NCBI GenBank assembly: GCA_964430145.1
Contig: CAYSGC010000001.1
Span: 1-59,607 of the forward strand
Reading direction: 5' to 3'
Length of the DNA stretch: 59,607 bases
From: an uncultured Fusobacteriaceae bacterium
GTDB lineage: Bacteria; Fusobacteriota; Fusobacteriia; Fusobacteriales; Fusobacteriaceae
Under the pieces are notes generated by a model, which was not told where the DNA came from, ran no database searches, and saw nothing but the letters and a program-made list of their open reading frames with translations. Within the stretch, counting starts at the first letter, position 1. Every line of letters begins with the position of its first letter. Made by a program: the position numbers and the translations under genes. Shown piece after piece: positions 48,475 to 59,607 of the stretch.

Positions 48475-49629
48475 CTAAAGGCTTTTCAATCTTTTTAAAC
48501 ACTCTATTAATCTGTCCAAATCCTCTATACTATGGTTGGCTGAGAGGGAAGCCCTCAGCCTTGGAGTTGTTACCGTAGGCTTTCTTATGGCAGGGATCAT
48601 TATCCCCTCCTCCCTGAGCCTCTCACTCATCCACAGGGTCCTCTCATTGTCTCCCACTACAATGGGAATTATATTTGTCTCACTGTCCAGGGTTCCTATT
48701 CCTATCTTCTCCAGTTCAGATCTCAGGTAGTCTGAGAGGTCAACAAGCCTCTCCCTGGCTTCCCTGTCTCCCTCGGCTCTCTTTACAGCCTCCAGGTTGC
48801 AGGCTATAACTGCCGGTGGAAGGGAGGTTGTATAGATCAGGCTCCTGCACCTGTTTATGAGGTAGTTTATTATGTCCTCTGAGGAGGCCACATAGGCCCC
48901 CTGGGACCCGTAAGCCTTGGAGAAGGTTCCCATGTTGATATCTATCCTCTCCAGGACTCCTGCCTCCTCTGAAAGGCCCATACCGTTCCTTCCAAGAACT
49001 CCCCCACCGTGAGCTTCATCCACCATGAGCTCTATATTATACCTTTCCTTGATCTCCACCAGCTTCTTCAGAGGGGCTTTATCCCCCTCCATACTGAATA
49101 CACTGTCCACAACTATAAGGGCTCTTTCATATTTCTCCCTGGTCTTAACTATCTTTTTTTCCAGGTCCTCCATATCGTTGTGAAGATATCTCACCATGTG
49201 AGCTCCGCTCATATTTATACCGTCATAGATACTGGCATGGTTCAGCTTATCGCAGTAGATCACATCATCCTTCCCATAAAGGGTGGAGATTATGCCTATA
49301 TTGGCGTCATATCCGCTGTTAAAGAGAAGAGCCCTCTCCTGCTTCTTCTTACTAGCCAGAAGCTCCTCCAGCTCTCGGTAAATATCAGCTGTCCCCACCA
49401 CAAGCCTGCTGGCTCCGCTTCCCACACCATACCTCTTAACTGCATCTATCAGTGTTTTCTTCAGCCACTCGCTATCACGGTACCCCAGGTAATTACTGGA
49501 GGAGAAGTCCAGGTACTCCCTCCCCCCCTCATAGATATACTTTCCCGATATCCTTTCTATATTCTTTATCCTTCTAAAGAGTCCCTTTTCTCTGAGACCC
49601 TCCAATATACCCTTCAAATTCATATACAC
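48475..49629 (-). CDS. bioF: 8-amino-7-oxononanoate synthase
   Basis: FSSSNYLG, DKLNHAS, VFSMEGD, DEAHG, GTFSKAYG. Confidence 0.9.
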   Translation of the reverse strand: MYMNLKGILEGLREKGLFRRIKNIERISGKYIYEGGREYLDFSSSNYLGYRDSEWLKKTLIDAVKRYGVGSGASRLVVGTADIYRELEELLASKKKQERALLFNSGYDANIGIISTLYGKDDVIYCDKLNHASIYDGINMSGAHMVRYLHNDMEDLEKKIVKTREKYERALIVVDSVFSMEGDKAPLKKLVEIKERYNIELMVDEAHGGGVLGRNGMGLSEEAGVLERIDINMGTFSKAYGSQGAYVASSEDIINYLINRCRSLIYTTSLPPAVIACNLEAVKRAEGDREARERLVDLSDYLRSELEKIGIGTLDSETNIIPIVVGDNERTLWMSERLREEGIMIPAIRKPTVTTPRLRASLSANHSIEDLDRLIECLKRLKSL

Positions 49630-49713
49630 ACCTCACAAACATGATATAAAATTATATCTTTATTTTTTTTCTTTTACAATAGGAGGTCTCAGAAAGTCAA
49701 ATTCAGAAAAGAT

Positions 49714-49745
49714 AAAAAAACTGGCAGTTGATCCACTGCCAGTTT
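49714..49745 (-). terminator. Intrinsic terminator
   Basis: aaactggcagt-tgatcc-actgccagttt with an A-run on the left. Confidence 0.8.
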
Positions 49746-49756
49746 AATCTCTCTAT

Positions 49757-50374
49757 TTAAAAACCTTCATAGAGGCCCCTGAAGAATAATGAAAGAGATA
49801 CAGCTCCGGGATCCCTTGTACCCATAGCTCTTCCCCACTTATCTCTCCCCTTTCCTCGGCTGCACTCCATAGATTTAGTTCGCTCCGCCCTCTTAAAGGC
49901 TTCCTCCTTCATCCCACGGAATATCTCATAAAATTCACTTTCAGCATCTAGAGACTCCACCACAGGTATGAATACATCCATAAGGGTCTTATCCCCTACC
50001 CTTGCCTGGGAAGCCTCCTTGAGGCACTCCAGTGAGGAGGTAAACATCTCTCCAAGCTTTTTCTCATCTATCTCATTCTCATCCTCATCCAGGGGTTCAG
50101 CCAGTCCTTGGAACATTACCCCCCACAGAGGGGCTGCCACTCCACCCTTTATAGAGAGTATCCTCCAACCGAGATCATGAAAGAAATCCTTCAAGGATTT
50201 ATCTTCTATCCTCTCCAGCTCCTCGGTTATAAGGTAAGCTATCTCAGCGATGGCCTCACCATGGTCACCATCCCCCACCTTGCTGTCCAGGTAGGACAGA
50301 TAGGATCTGCTTTCCGTCAAAAGGTTTGCCGTGTATTCCAGCATGTTTTTCAGAGTATTTTTTCCTATTTCCAT
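49757..50374 (-). CDS. dhaL: Dihydroxyacetone kinase L subunit (DAK2 domain)
   Basis: LDSKVGDGDHG, GDKTLMD, DPGA. Confidence 0.85.
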   Translation of the reverse strand: MEIGKNTLKNMLEYTANLLTESRSYLSYLDSKVGDGDHGEAIAEIAYLITEELERIEDKSLKDFFHDLGWRILSIKGGVAAPLWGVMFQGLAEPLDEDENEIDEKKLGEMFTSSLECLKEASQARVGDKTLMDVFIPVVESLDAESEFYEIFRGMKEEAFKRAERTKSMECSRGKGRDKWGRAMGTRDPGAVSLSLFFRGLYEGF

Positions 50375-50683
50375 ATTATTACCCCCTATCTCCAATAACA
50401 AGATTTAGTAGTAACCACCACGAATATTTTTATGATTTCCCAGCACCATCTTAACCACCTCCAGATCTAAAAATACAGAAGCTATAAAAACTAATTGAGA
50501 TCATTCATTTATTTAATATATGTTACTTAAATAATATTCCCTAAATCCTCAAAAAACAAATTTCACTTACTTAAAATTTCATTAATAGAGCAATTGTACA
50601 CTTTTATATATTGAGGGAACCATCGTTTTCTTAACTTTTAAATATAAAAAAAGGAGTCATCCCTTGGATAACTCCCTTGAAAA

Positions 50684-51082
50684 TTATTTCTTTATAATTT
50701 TTGCCAGAACTCCGTTGATAAATTCGTGAGACTTCTCATCTCCGTATTTTTTAGCAAGCTCTACTATCTCATTTACCACGATCTCATGTCCCATATCTTC
50801 AAACATAAGTTCATAGGTTCCAAATTTTAGAAGTGCTCTCTCAACATTTCCTATTCTATCAAGACTCCAGTTTGTCATCTCAGAGTTCAGAGTTTCCTCT
50901 ATCTCATCCTTCTTCTCAACAATACCCTTTACGTACTTTTCTATAAAATCTTTGGAGTTTTTGCTCAGCTCAACTTCACCTCTAGAGATTACTCTTTCCG
51001 ATACCTCTGTGATGCTTGCGTCATTAAGCTCAGCTTCAAATAAAATCTTGAATAATTCTTCTCTTGCTATCTTTCTGCTCAT
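50684..51082 (-). CDS. nusB: Transcription antitermination factor NusB
   Basis: MSRKIARE...NWSLDRI...NEIVELAKKYG...FINGVL. Confidence 0.95.
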   Translation of the reverse strand: MSRKIAREELFKILFEAELNDASITEVSERVISRGEVELSKNSKDFIEKYVKGIVEKKDEIEETLNSEMTNWSLDRIGNVERALLKFGTYELMFEDMGHEIVVNEIVELAKKYGDEKSHEFINGVLAKIIKK

Positions 51083-51094
51083 CTTCCTACCTCT

Positions 51095-51307
51095 CTAATC
51101 TTCCTTCAGTCGGTTAATTATAATTTTTTTCAGGCTCCCTAGCTTCTCATAGTCACCTAGATTATATCCTATCACTGTAACTGCAAGAACTGTAATCATC
51201 TTCACGAACCCATATTTTATCAGAATTAATCCAAAAATAAAACCCCAAATTGCTCCAAAGTATTTTTTTCTATTCTCAAGGAACTCCTCTAAAAACTCAA
51301 TAAGCAT
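51095..51307 (-). CDS. Small membrane protein (DUF2273-like)
   Basis: Two TMs; sits in the asp23-amaP operon. Confidence 0.75.
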   Translation of the reverse strand: MLIEFLEEFLENRKKYFGAIWGFIFGLILIKYGFVKMITVLAVTVIGYNLGDYEKLGSLKKIIINRLKED

Positions 51308-51837
51308 TATTCTTCACCTCTTTCAGCTAAGATACTACTCCCTCTCCTCTTAAGAAGTTTCGATACCTTTACCTCTACTTCCTCTACCTCCAGCGAAAGA
51401 TATTCAAATATCTCATGTTTTATTCTTCCCTGAGTATCCGAAATATTTCTAGCTATATCACTGTCCGAATAGGCATCTACCGTCACGGTGATATATAGTT
51501 TTTTTCCCTTTATCCTGTTCTTCGCCTTTATATTTTTCAGGTCTGGGTTTCCAAGAACAACCTCTCTTACAAGGTTATTTATAGAGGAGGAGGATACAGT
51601 GAGCTTTCCGTTTTCTGTCTGCACCTGATAGTCCTTTGATTTTTCAAAGTTCATGAGAAACTTCTCAATAAATATCAGCAGATAAAAAACAGCTACCCCA
51701 AGGGTTGCTCCTCTAAAAACTATTCCCTCTAAATTAAAGTTAAGTATATACTTTGGAAAGATTGCAAGATAGATTCCCATTAGAGACAGGAAGAGTATTC
51801 CCAGCCATGCCACTGCAAAAAAAAGTTTCCTTACCAT
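51307..51837 (-). CDS. amaP: Alkaline shock response membrane anchor AmaP-like
   Basis: Two TMs plus an Asp23-like domain; next to asp23. Confidence 0.78.
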   Translation of the reverse strand: MVRKLFFAVAWLGILFLSLMGIYLAIFPKYILNFNLEGIVFRGATLGVAVFYLLIFIEKFLMNFEKSKDYQVQTENGKLTVSSSSINNLVREVVLGNPDLKNIKAKNRIKGKKLYITVTVDAYSDSDIARNISDTQGRIKHEIFEYLSLEVEEVEVKVSKLLKRRGSSILAERGEE

Positions 51838-51921
51838 ACTAAGACTCCCTCCACAACTTGATTTTCTAGTAGTTTATATTAGTCAATATAAAGATTAGAG
51901 GCGGAAACCGCCCCTAATTCT

Positions 51922-52293
51922 TTAGTCTAATATCTCCATTGACTCTTCTTCTTCCTCTTCTCTTATCTTTACATCCTGCACATATACATTTACTTCTACA
52001 ACCTTAAGACCTGTAAGCTCAGTTACACTCTTAACGATTGCTTCCTGTACCTCTGTTGCAACTTCGGGGATAGGGAAACCATATTCCACTATTACATAAG
52101 CTTCAATGCTGCATTCCTTCTCTCCTACTTCTACCTTAACTCCATGAGTAAGTCTTTTCTTACCTAAGATTTTATTTACTTCATCTGCCACTCCACCTGC
52201 TAGCTTATAGATTCCTTTTACGTCTGTTGCTGCCTTAGATGCTACTACCTTTACTACGTCATCTGCTATTTTGATGTTTCCTAATTCAGTCAT
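51922..52293 (-). CDS. Asp23/Gls24 family protein
   Basis: GNIKIADDVV...GVKVE...TGLKVVEVNVYVQDV. Confidence 0.92.
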   Translation of the reverse strand: MTELGNIKIADDVVKVVASKAATDVKGIYKLAGGVADEVNKILGKKRLTHGVKVEVGEKECSIEAYVIVEYGFPIPEVATEVQEAIVKSVTELTGLKVVEVNVYVQDVKIREEEEEESMEILD

Positions 52294-52403
52294 GAAACTA
52301 CACCCCCGTTATAAAGTATTTCCTTAAAAGTTTTCTTAAAAAGTGCCGTATTTCCTTTTATTTAAATTATTTTCCCATCTGTCTGGGAGTAGCTGTCTGT
52401 CTC

Positions 52404-53750
52404 CTACTTGTCTCCGAAGTACTCCTCGATGAAGCTTGTATATACATCTCCAGACTGGTACGCTTCGTTGTCTAGTACCTTTAGGTGGAATGGTATCGTT
52501 GTATCTACACCCTCGATTCTGTACTCTTCAAGAGCTCTTCTCATTCTGTTGATAGCTTCCTCTCTTGTCTGTCCGTGTACGATAAGCTTAGCTATCATAG
52601 AGTCGTAGAATGGGCTGATCTCATATCCTTCATATGAGTGTGAGTCTATTCTTACTCCGTTTCCTCCAGCTACGATATACTTAGTAAGCTTTCCTGGAGA
52701 TGGAAGGAATCCAGCCTCACTGTCCTCTGCGTTGATTCTACACTCGATGGCGTGACCAGTAAGAACTATATCCTCCTGCTTTACAGTAAGCTCTCCACCT
52801 GCTGCTGCGATGATCTGCTCCTTGATGATGTCTACTCCTGTTATCATCTCTGTTACAGTGTGCTCTACCTGTACTCTTGTATTCATCTCCATGAAGAAGA
52901 AGTTGTTGTTCTTGTCCACAAGGAACTCAAGAGTTCCAGCTGAGTCGTAATTTATAGCCTTAGCCAGCTTAACTGCCGCCTCTCCCATTGCCTTTCTTAC
53001 TTCATCAGTAAGTACTACAGATGGCGCCTCCTCGATCAGCTTCTGGTGTCTTCTCTGGATCGAACAGTCTCTCTCTCCTAGGTGTACCACGTTTCCGTGT
53101 CTATCTCCAATTATCTGGATCTCGATGTGTCTAGGATCCTCTACAAACTTCTCAATATATACATCTGGATTTCCGAAAGCTGCTTCCGCTTCATTCTGAG
53201 CTGCTATGATGTTAGCCTCTAGCTCCTCATCATTTCTTGCAATTCTCATACCCTTTCCTCCACCACCGGCAGTGGCTTTGATCATTACAGGGTATGTAAT
53301 TCTCTCATTTACGTGCATCTTTGCTTCTTCAATAGTCTTTATGATATCAGTTCCCTCTGTAATAGGTACTTCGTTCTCTATCGCTGTTTTTCTAGCTGTA
53401 GCCTTGTCTCCCATGTTTATGATACACTCTGGGCTTGGACCTATAAATGTGATGTTGTGCATCTCACAAATTCTTGCAAACTGAGCATTCTCAGCCAGGA
53501 ATCCGTATCCAGGGTGGATTGCAGTAGCTCCAGTTACCTCTGCTGCTGCAATTACATTAGGTATCTTCAGGTATGACTCTGTACTCATTGCAGGTCCTAT
53601 ACATACAGCTTCATCTGCTAAACTTACATGCAGGCTCTCTCTGTCTGCCTCTGAAAATATAGCTACTGTCTTTATTCCAAGTTCCTTTGCCGCTCTTATT
53701 ATTCTTACAGCTATCTCACCTCTATTGGCGATTAGTATCTTTTCAAACAT
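52404..53750 (-). CDS. accC: Biotin carboxylase
   Basis: [40 protein letters not shown]. Confidence 0.97.
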   Translation of the reverse strand: MFEKILIANRGEIAVRIIRAAKELGIKTVAIFSEADRESLHVSLADEAVCIGPAMSTESYLKIPNVIAAAEVTGATAIHPGYGFLAENAQFARICEMHNITFIGPSPECIINMGDKATARKTAIENEVPITEGTDIIKTIEEAKMHVNERITYPVMIKATAGGGGKGMRIARNDEELEANIIAAQNEAEAAFGNPDVYIEKFVEDPRHIEIQIIGDRHGNVVHLGERDCSIQRRHQKLIEEAPSVVLTDEVRKAMGEAAVKLAKAINYDSAGTLEFLVDKNNNFFFMEMNTRVQVEHTVTEMITGVDIIKEQIIAAAGGELTVKQEDIVLTGHAIECRINAEDSEAGFLPSPGKLTKYIVAGGNGVRIDSHSYEGYEISPFYDSMIAKLIVHGQTREEAINRMRRALEEYRIEGVDTTIPFHLKVLDNEAYQSGDVYTSFIEEYFGDK

Positions 53751-53764
53751 CTTCTTCCTCCCGA

Positions 53765-54178
53765 TTATTCAGCCTCAATCTTTATTAAAGTCTTTCCAAA
53801 ATCAGCAATGCTACCATTGTCTAAAAGTATCTCCTTTACAACTCCGTCAAAGGTAGATTTTACAGAACTCTTTACTCCTATTGTAGCTATGTAACCGATC
53901 TCCTGGTTCTTCTTTACTCTGTCCCCTACTTTTACCATAGGGTTTCCAGCTTTATCTACATAGTAAAACTTTCCTACGTTCTCCGACTTTACTTCCTTAT
54001 ATGCTGGAGCTGCAACCTCTGCAACTTCCTCTACTGCAACCTCCTCTACCGGTGCTGCAACTACGTTGGATTTCTTGATCTCAACCTTGAACCCCTCCTC
54101 CTCAAAGGAGATGTTTGTTAAATTTGTATCATTTAATATCTTCATTAGCTCTTCAACACTGTTTAAGTCTTTATTCAT
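53765..54178 (-). CDS. BCCP-like protein lacking the biotinylation motif
   Basis: AccB architecture, but IATIGV stands where IEAMKM is expected. Confidence 0.75.
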   Translation of the reverse strand: MNKDLNSVEELMKILNDTNLTNISFEEEGFKVEIKKSNVVAAPVEEVAVEEVAEVAAPAYKEVKSENVGKFYYVDKAGNPMVKVGDRVKKNQEIGYIATIGVKSSVKSTFDGVVKEILLDNGSIADFGKTLIKIEAE

Positions 54179-54288
54179 TTAGGAGCCTCCCATTCTTTTT
54201 ATTTTATATTAGGTCTCAATTTTAGCACAAATATATATCCCTTTCAAGTTTGAATTACACTCGTAATTTTATGTTAGTGAATTTTTTT

Positions 54289-57200
54289 CTATTTTTTAAT
54301 TACTATGTTATCCCTTCCTAAAAGGCTTACTACTTCTTCCACAAAGAGCTTGGATGAGCTTACATTATATCTATCTCCAAGTTCCACCCTCTTTTTATTG
54401 CCGTCCTCCTCCAGAGCCAGTATAACATGCTGGGAACCTGGATGTCTCATCACTATTTTTTTCAGTTCTCCCAGGAGGTGTTTTCTCTCCTCCTCTACTA
54501 ATATATATACCTTAAATATTCCCATTTCTCCAATTTCATCTATGGGTTTGATTGTTCTCACTATTAGCTTTTTCTCCTCCTGTCCCCCGAAGGAATCTAT
54601 CTGTACATTCCCTTCAAGGTAGAGGATCTCTCCCTCTAAGATATAGTGACCCAGTCTCTCAAACTCCTTTGGAAAGGCCACCACAGATATTCTTCCATAG
54701 TAATCCTCAAGTTCGAAGATTCCCATAACCTGACCGGTCTTCTTGGTCACCACCTTTTTAAGGTTTCTTACTATCCCATAGGTCTCCATGTGGCCATGGC
54801 CCTTGGACTTTATCTCACGGGTTGTGGCCATCCTGTGCACAGCCATGTACTCCTTGAGCTTATCCAGGGGGTGTCCAGAAAAGTAGAATCCCAGAAACTC
54901 CTTCTCCCCCTTGAGAAGGTTTTCCAGCTTATACTCGGATTTTCCCTCCATCCTGAACTGCTCTATGGTAGCCTTGGCCTGACCAAAGAGGTTCATCTGC
55001 TGGATCTCATCCTCCTTCTGAAGCTTCGTGGCCCAGTTAAGTGCCTTCTCTATACTTTCATACTTCTCCCTTCTGTTTCCCGGAAGGGTATCCAGGGAAC
55101 CAGAAAGGACAAGAGCCTCCAGAGCCTTCTTGTTCATCCCCACTCTCTTAGTTCTATTTACAAAATCCTCAAAGTTGGTATAGTCCCCATTGGCCTCGTG
55201 CTCCTCCTTTATCTTGAGCATAAGACTCTCTCCCAGGTTCTTTATGGCAGACATACCAAACCTAATATACTCTCCATCTATACTGAATATACTGCTGGCT
55301 TTATTTACATCTGGTAGGGCCACCTTGACCTGGTGGTTCTTGGCATCCTCTATATATATGGCCAGCTTCTCTATATTATTTCTTTCAGAGGTCATAAGGG
55401 CTGCATAGTAAGCCTGAGGATAGTGCACCTTAAAGTAGGCTGTCCAGTAGGCTACCAGGGCATAGGCCGCCGAGTGGGACTTATTAAATCCATATCCTGC
55501 AAACTTATCTATGAGGTCGAATACCTCTATGGCCTTCTCCTCATCATACCCCTTCTTTACAGCTCTTTCTACAAACTTACTTCTGTTCTCCTCCATTATG
55601 GCCACTTTCTTCTTACCCATGGCTCTTCTCAGAAGATCCGCTTCTCCCAGGGAGTAGTCTGCCATTACATTGGCTATCTTCATTACCTGCTCCTGGTAGA
55701 GGATTACCCCGTATGTCTCCTTGAGGATCTCCTTGAGGCTCTCATGGGGATACTTTATAAGTGCCTTACCGTTTTTTACCGCTATGAAGTCATCTACCAT
55801 TCCCGACCCCAGGGGTCCCGGTCTGTATAGAGCCAGTACCGCTATTACATCCTCAAATCTCTCGGGCTTCAGCTTCCTCAGAAGTTTTCTTATACCGGTC
55901 GACTCCAATTGGAAGACCCCCATGGTATCTCCGTTACTCAGGGCTTCATATACCTTCTGGGAATCAAGCTCCACCTTCTGGAGATCTATCTTCCTTCCGC
56001 TTTCCTCCCTTATGTAGTCTATGGTTCTCTGAAGGATAGTGAGGTTACGCAGCCCCAAGAAGTCCATCTTTAATAGTCCTAGATCCTCTAGCTCCTTCAT
56101 CTGATACTGGGTGGAGACCATCTTGGTCTTATTATCTGTATAGAGGGGCACGTCCCTTGTGAGGGGATCCTTTGTTATAACAACCCCTGCAGCGTGGATA
56201 GAAGCATGTCTCACTGTGTTTTCAAGCCTCTTGGAAAATTCAATCAGGTTCTGGGCTTCCTCATCCCTGTCATAGTACTCCTGAAGCTCAGGTACCTCCC
56301 TCAGGGATTTATCTATAGTATAGAACTGAGGTATGAGCTTGGCTATCTTATCCACCTTAGAAAGAGGAATATCCAGCACCCTCCCCACGTCCCTTACAGC
56401 TGCCCTTGCCTTCATAGTACCGAAGGTTATAATCTGGGCTACCCTGTCGTGACCATACTTCTCCCCTACATACTCTATTACCTCCTGCCTTCTCTCCTGA
56501 CATATATCTATATCTATATCGGGCATGGAGATCCTTTCAGGATTCAGAAATCTCTCGAAGATAAGATTATACTTCATGGGGTCTACATCTGTTATTCCCA
56601 GAGTATAGGCCACCATACTTCCTGCAGCGGAACCTCTTCCAGGCCCTATGGGGATATTCTGACCCTTAGCATAGTCTATAAAGTCCCACACAACTACGAA
56701 GTAAGCCTCATACCCCATCCTCTCGATGATACTTAGCTCATACTCCACCCTTTCAAAAGCTTCCTCGGTAGGTCCCTCAGGGTAACGCCTGCTGAGCCCC
56801 TCATAAACGAGCTTTCTCAGGTATTCCGTTATGCTTCCCACCCCTTCTGGTACCTCATAGTGGGGAAACTTTAACCTGCCAAACTCCAGCTCCAGGTTAC
56901 ACTTTTCCGCTATCTCCAGGGTATTCTCCAGAGCTCCCTCATACTTGTTCAGCTCTGTAAGGATCTGCTCACCATTTTTCAGGAATAGCTGATCTGTAGC
57001 TATTCTCATCCTCTTCTCATCCCTTACCTTTGCCCCAGTCTGGATACACATGAGAATGTCTTGGAGCACATGGTCCCCGTGGTAGACATAGTGGGTATCG
57101 TTTGTACCTACCACCTTGAGGTTGTTCCTCTGGGCCAGCTCATAGAGCTTCTCATTTACCACTCTCTGCTCTGGGATACCATTTGCCTGGAGCTCTATAT

Positions 57201-57708
57201 AGAAGTTCTCTCTTCCAAATATATCTATATACTCTGAAAGGGCTCCCTCTATCTTCTCCTCTTCCTCCTCATCCAGGATCCTTCTGGCTATCTCCCCCTG
57301 CATACACGCTGAGAGGGCTATAAGACCATCACTGTGATCCTTAAGAAGTTTCTTGTCGATCCTTGGTTTTCTGTAAAATCCATCTATATAGGCTCTCGAA
57401 GAGAGCTCCATGAGGTTTTTATAACCGGTTTCATCCTTGGCCAGAAGTATCAGATGAAAGATTCTTCCCTCCTTCTCGCTCCTGTCAAACTCCGCCAGGT
57501 AGGCTTCCATACCTATTATGGGCTTTATACCCCTGGCAATGGCCTTCTCATAAAACTCAACAGCTCCAAACATATTTCCATGATCTGTTATGGCCATTGC
57601 CTCCATACCCAGCTCCTTGGCTCTGTCCAGATACTCATCTATCTTCCCAACTCCGTCAAGGAGGCTGTATTCTGTATGAAGATGAAGGTGTACAAATTTA
57701 CTTTTCAT
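54289..57708 (-). CDS. dnaE: DNA polymerase III alpha subunit
   Basis: HLHLHTEYSLLDG, GRGSAAGS, PDIDID, YGFNKSH. Confidence 0.97.
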   Translation of the reverse strand: MKSKFVHLHLHTEYSLLDGVGKIDEYLDRAKELGMEAMAITDHGNMFGAVEFYEKAIARGIKPIIGMEAYLAEFDRSEKEGRIFHLILLAKDETGYKNLMELSSRAYIDGFYRKPRIDKKLLKDHSDGLIALSACMQGEIARRILDEEEEEKIEGALSEYIDIFGRENFYIELQANGIPEQRVVNEKLYELAQRNNLKVVGTNDTHYVYHGDHVLQDILMCIQTGAKVRDEKRMRIATDQLFLKNGEQILTELNKYEGALENTLEIAEKCNLELEFGRLKFPHYEVPEGVGSITEYLRKLVYEGLSRRYPEGPTEEAFERVEYELSIIERMGYEAYFVVVWDFIDYAKGQNIPIGPGRGSAAGSMVAYTLGITDVDPMKYNLIFERFLNPERISMPDIDIDICQERRQEVIEYVGEKYGHDRVAQIITFGTMKARAAVRDVGRVLDIPLSKVDKIAKLIPQFYTIDKSLREVPELQEYYDRDEEAQNLIEFSKRLENTVRHASIHAAGVVITKDPLTRDVPLYTDNKTKMVSTQYQMKELEDLGLLKMDFLGLRNLTILQRTIDYIREESGRKIDLQKVELDSQKVYEALSNGDTMGVFQLESTGIRKLLRKLKPERFEDVIAVLALYRPGPLGSGMVDDFIAVKNGKALIKYPHESLKEILKETYGVILYQEQVMKIANVMADYSLGEADLLRRAMGKKKVAIMEENRSKFVERAVKKGYDEEKAIEVFDLIDKFAGYGFNKSHSAAYALVAYWTAYFKVHYPQAYYAALMTSERNNIEKLAIYIEDAKNHQVKVALPDVNKASSIFSIDGEYIRFGMSAIKNLGESLMLKIKEEHEANGDYTNFEDFVNRTKRVGMNKKALEALVLSGSLDTLPGNRREKYESIEKALNWATKLQKEDEIQQMNLFGQAKATIEQFRMEGKSEYKLENLLKGEKEFLGFYFSGHPLDKLKEYMAVHRMATTREIKSKGHGHMETYGIVRNLKKVVTKKTGQVMGIFELEDYYGRISVVAFPKEFERLGHYILEGEILYLEGNVQIDSFGGQEEKKLIVRTIKPIDEIGEMGIFKVYILVEEERKHLLGELKKIVMRHPGSQHVILALEEDGNKKRVELGDRYNVSSSKLFVEEVVSLLGRDNIVIKK

Positions 57709-58072
57709 TTTCCTCCTCCTACTTTTAACTACACTTTTTTATCTTCATAAATTATACCTTATATTTGGAATTTTGTTTCAAGTTATTTTTTATAGTTAAC
57801 GATAGTTATTTTTACTGTTTTTTAATCCTATGTTAATAAATACTTGTAATATATAAAATGAATAGTTGTATGGTGAACCATTGAAACAGTATAATCTATT
57901 TAGGATTTTAGCAACCTCCAGTACCATTTGTGTACTACAGACGTATTTTTTGTAATATATTAGCTTGCTTTTTTCTAAATTATCAACTATTATTGAAGGT
58001 GTACGATAGTGAATGCTTTTAATCTAATATTAAGCATTCATACATTTTTTTTAATCTATGAGGGGGTTAATT

Positions 58073-59599
58073 ATGTCAAAGAACACAATGGCGGGAAATA
58101 GTAACATCAAGCCTAGTCTTACTGATCGTTTCCTTAACATCATTGAGAAGGGTGGAAATGCACTACCACATCCTGCAACACTATTCGGGATCCTAGCACT
58201 GGCTATGATCGTTATCTCTGGTATCGGAGCTGCTATGGGTTGGTCTGTAGAGTTCACTGGTATCAACAGAAAGACTATGCAAGTTGAGGATATGGTTATC
58301 CAGACTAAGTCACTTATGTCTGCTGAGGGAATCAACTACATCTTCACAAGTATGGTTAAAAACTTTACTGGATTTGCTCCACTTGGGACAGTACTAGTTG
58401 CTATTATTGGTATTGGTATCTGTGAGAGATCTGGACTTATGGCTATGTTACTTAAGAAGGTAGCACTTGGTACTCCAAAGAAGCTTATCACTGTAATGGT
58501 AGTATTCCTTGGAATCATGTCAAACGTAGCATCAGATGCTGGTTACGTTGTACTTCCACCACTTGCTGCACTTATCTTTTTATCATTTGGTAGACACCCA
58601 CTTGCAGGTCTTGCTGCTGCCTTTGCCGGAGTATCTGGTGGATTCTCAGCAAACCTACTAATCGGTACTATCGATCCACTACTTGGTGGTATCTCAACTG
58701 AGGCTGCTAAGATCCTAGACCCAGCATATGAAGTACTTCCTACAGCGAACTACTTCTTCATGTTTGTTTCTACTTTCGTTATCGCAGTAGTTGGTACATT
58801 CGTTACTGAGAAGATTGTAGAGCCTAGACTTGGATCATATACTGGAGACGCTGAGATGAAGTTCGAAGCTGTTACTCCAGAGGAGAAGAAAGCACTTAGA
58901 GCTGCTGGTATTGCTACTATCGTTCTTATTGCTGCTCTTATTCCACTTTGGAACGTTCTTGGTAAGAACTTCCTAGGAAAGGGTCTTGTACCAATCATCG
59001 TATTATTCTTTGCTATTCCTGGAATTGCTTACGGTAAATCTATCGGAACTATCAAGAATGACGCTGATGCAATGAAGATGCTTAACAAATCATTTGAAGC
59101 AATGGCTGGATACATCGTACTTGTATTCTTCGCTGCTCAATTTATCGCATACTTCAACTACACTAACCTTGGAACTATCCTAGCTGTTAAAGGTGCTAGC
59201 TTCCTAGAGGCTACTGGAATCACTGGTATTCCTCTAATCATAGGATTTATCATCATCGTTGGATTCCTTAACCTGTTTATGGGATCTGCATCAGCTAAGT
59301 GGGCTATCCTGGCTCCTGTATTCGTTCCAATGCTAATGAGAGTTGGATACACTCCTGAGTTTACTCAGCTGGCGTACAGAATCGGAGATTCAGCTACTAA
59401 CATCATTTCACCACTAATGTCTTACTTCGCAATGATTATCGTATTCATGCAGAAGTATGATAAGAAAGCTTCACTGGGAACTCTAGTTTCTACAATGCTT
59501 CCTTTCTCAATGGCATTTATGGTTATCTGGTCTCTACTACTAATCGTTTGGATGCTAATCGGTCTTCCAATCGGACCTGGAATCGGAATGATGCTTTAA
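58073..59599 (+). CDS. AbgT family transporter
   Basis: GNALPHP, NFTGFAPLG, GRHPLAGL, SASAKW, YRIGDS. Confidence 0.93.
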   Translation: MSKNTMAGNSNIKPSLTDRFLNIIEKGGNALPHPATLFGILALAMIVISGIGAAMGWSVEFTGINRKTMQVEDMVIQTKSLMSAEGINYIFTSMVKNFTGFAPLGTVLVAIIGIGICERSGLMAMLLKKVALGTPKKLITVMVVFLGIMSNVASDAGYVVLPPLAALIFLSFGRHPLAGLAAAFAGVSGGFSANLLIGTIDPLLGGISTEAAKILDPAYEVLPTANYFFMFVSTFVIAVVGTFVTEKIVEPRLGSYTGDAEMKFEAVTPEEKKALRAAGIATIVLIAALIPLWNVLGKNFLGKGLVPIIVLFFAIPGIAYGKSIGTIKNDADAMKMLNKSFEAMAGYIVLVFFAAQFIAYFNYTNLGTILAVKGASFLEATGITGIPLIIGFIIIVGFLNLFMGSASAKWAILAPVFVPMLMRVGYTPEFTQLAYRIGDSATNIISPLMSYFAMIIVFMQKYDKKASLGTLVSTMLPFSMAFMVIWSLLLIVWMLIGLPIGPGIGMML

Positions 59600-59607
59600 T
59601 CTTTAAG

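Noticed and set aside
54305-57750. Several long + strand ORFs
   Set aside because: Antisense shadows of dnaE; the same applies to + ORFs over accC, bioF, dhaL and the injection cluster.

Overview
Chromosomal window from an anaerobe that looks like Fusobacteriota (inferred from the host genes dnaE-accB-like-accC-asp23-amaP-nusB-dhaL-bioF and an AbgT transporter). A ~46-kb, visibly AT-richer element (1363-47349) splits the comM/yifB gene inside its NPCPCG motif. The element is bounded by a GGACA core repeat and 24-bp imperfect inverted arms of the kind used by large serine recombinases. It carries five modules. (1) A Kiwa defence pair at the left end and an IetAS-type AAA ATPase/subtilase pair at the right end. 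(2) A 24.4-kb co-oriented cluster (3110-27528) that I read as a non-canonical contractile injection / T6SS-like machine: sheath-like, two tube-like, TssK/F/G-like, VgrG-like and PAAR-like (DUF4280) proteins, plus two paralogous immunity-effector pairs. It has no recognisable ClpV, TssJLM, tail fibre or lysis genes, and instead encodes an Hsp70-like ATPase, a J-protein, two FHA proteins, a kinase and a membrane pseudo-phosphatase/TPR protein. (3) A leading-region-like block (Gp157, ArdC, DUF960, Rad52/Sak). (4) An internal Rep-like/HU/serine recombinase core with no conjugation or capsid genes. (5) A regulatory block (frameshifted SigH-like factor, GGDEF, Crp, MarR, small proteins, candidate sRNA). 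All family assignments come from motif reading by eye, with no database searches, so neither the folds nor the novelty are verified.
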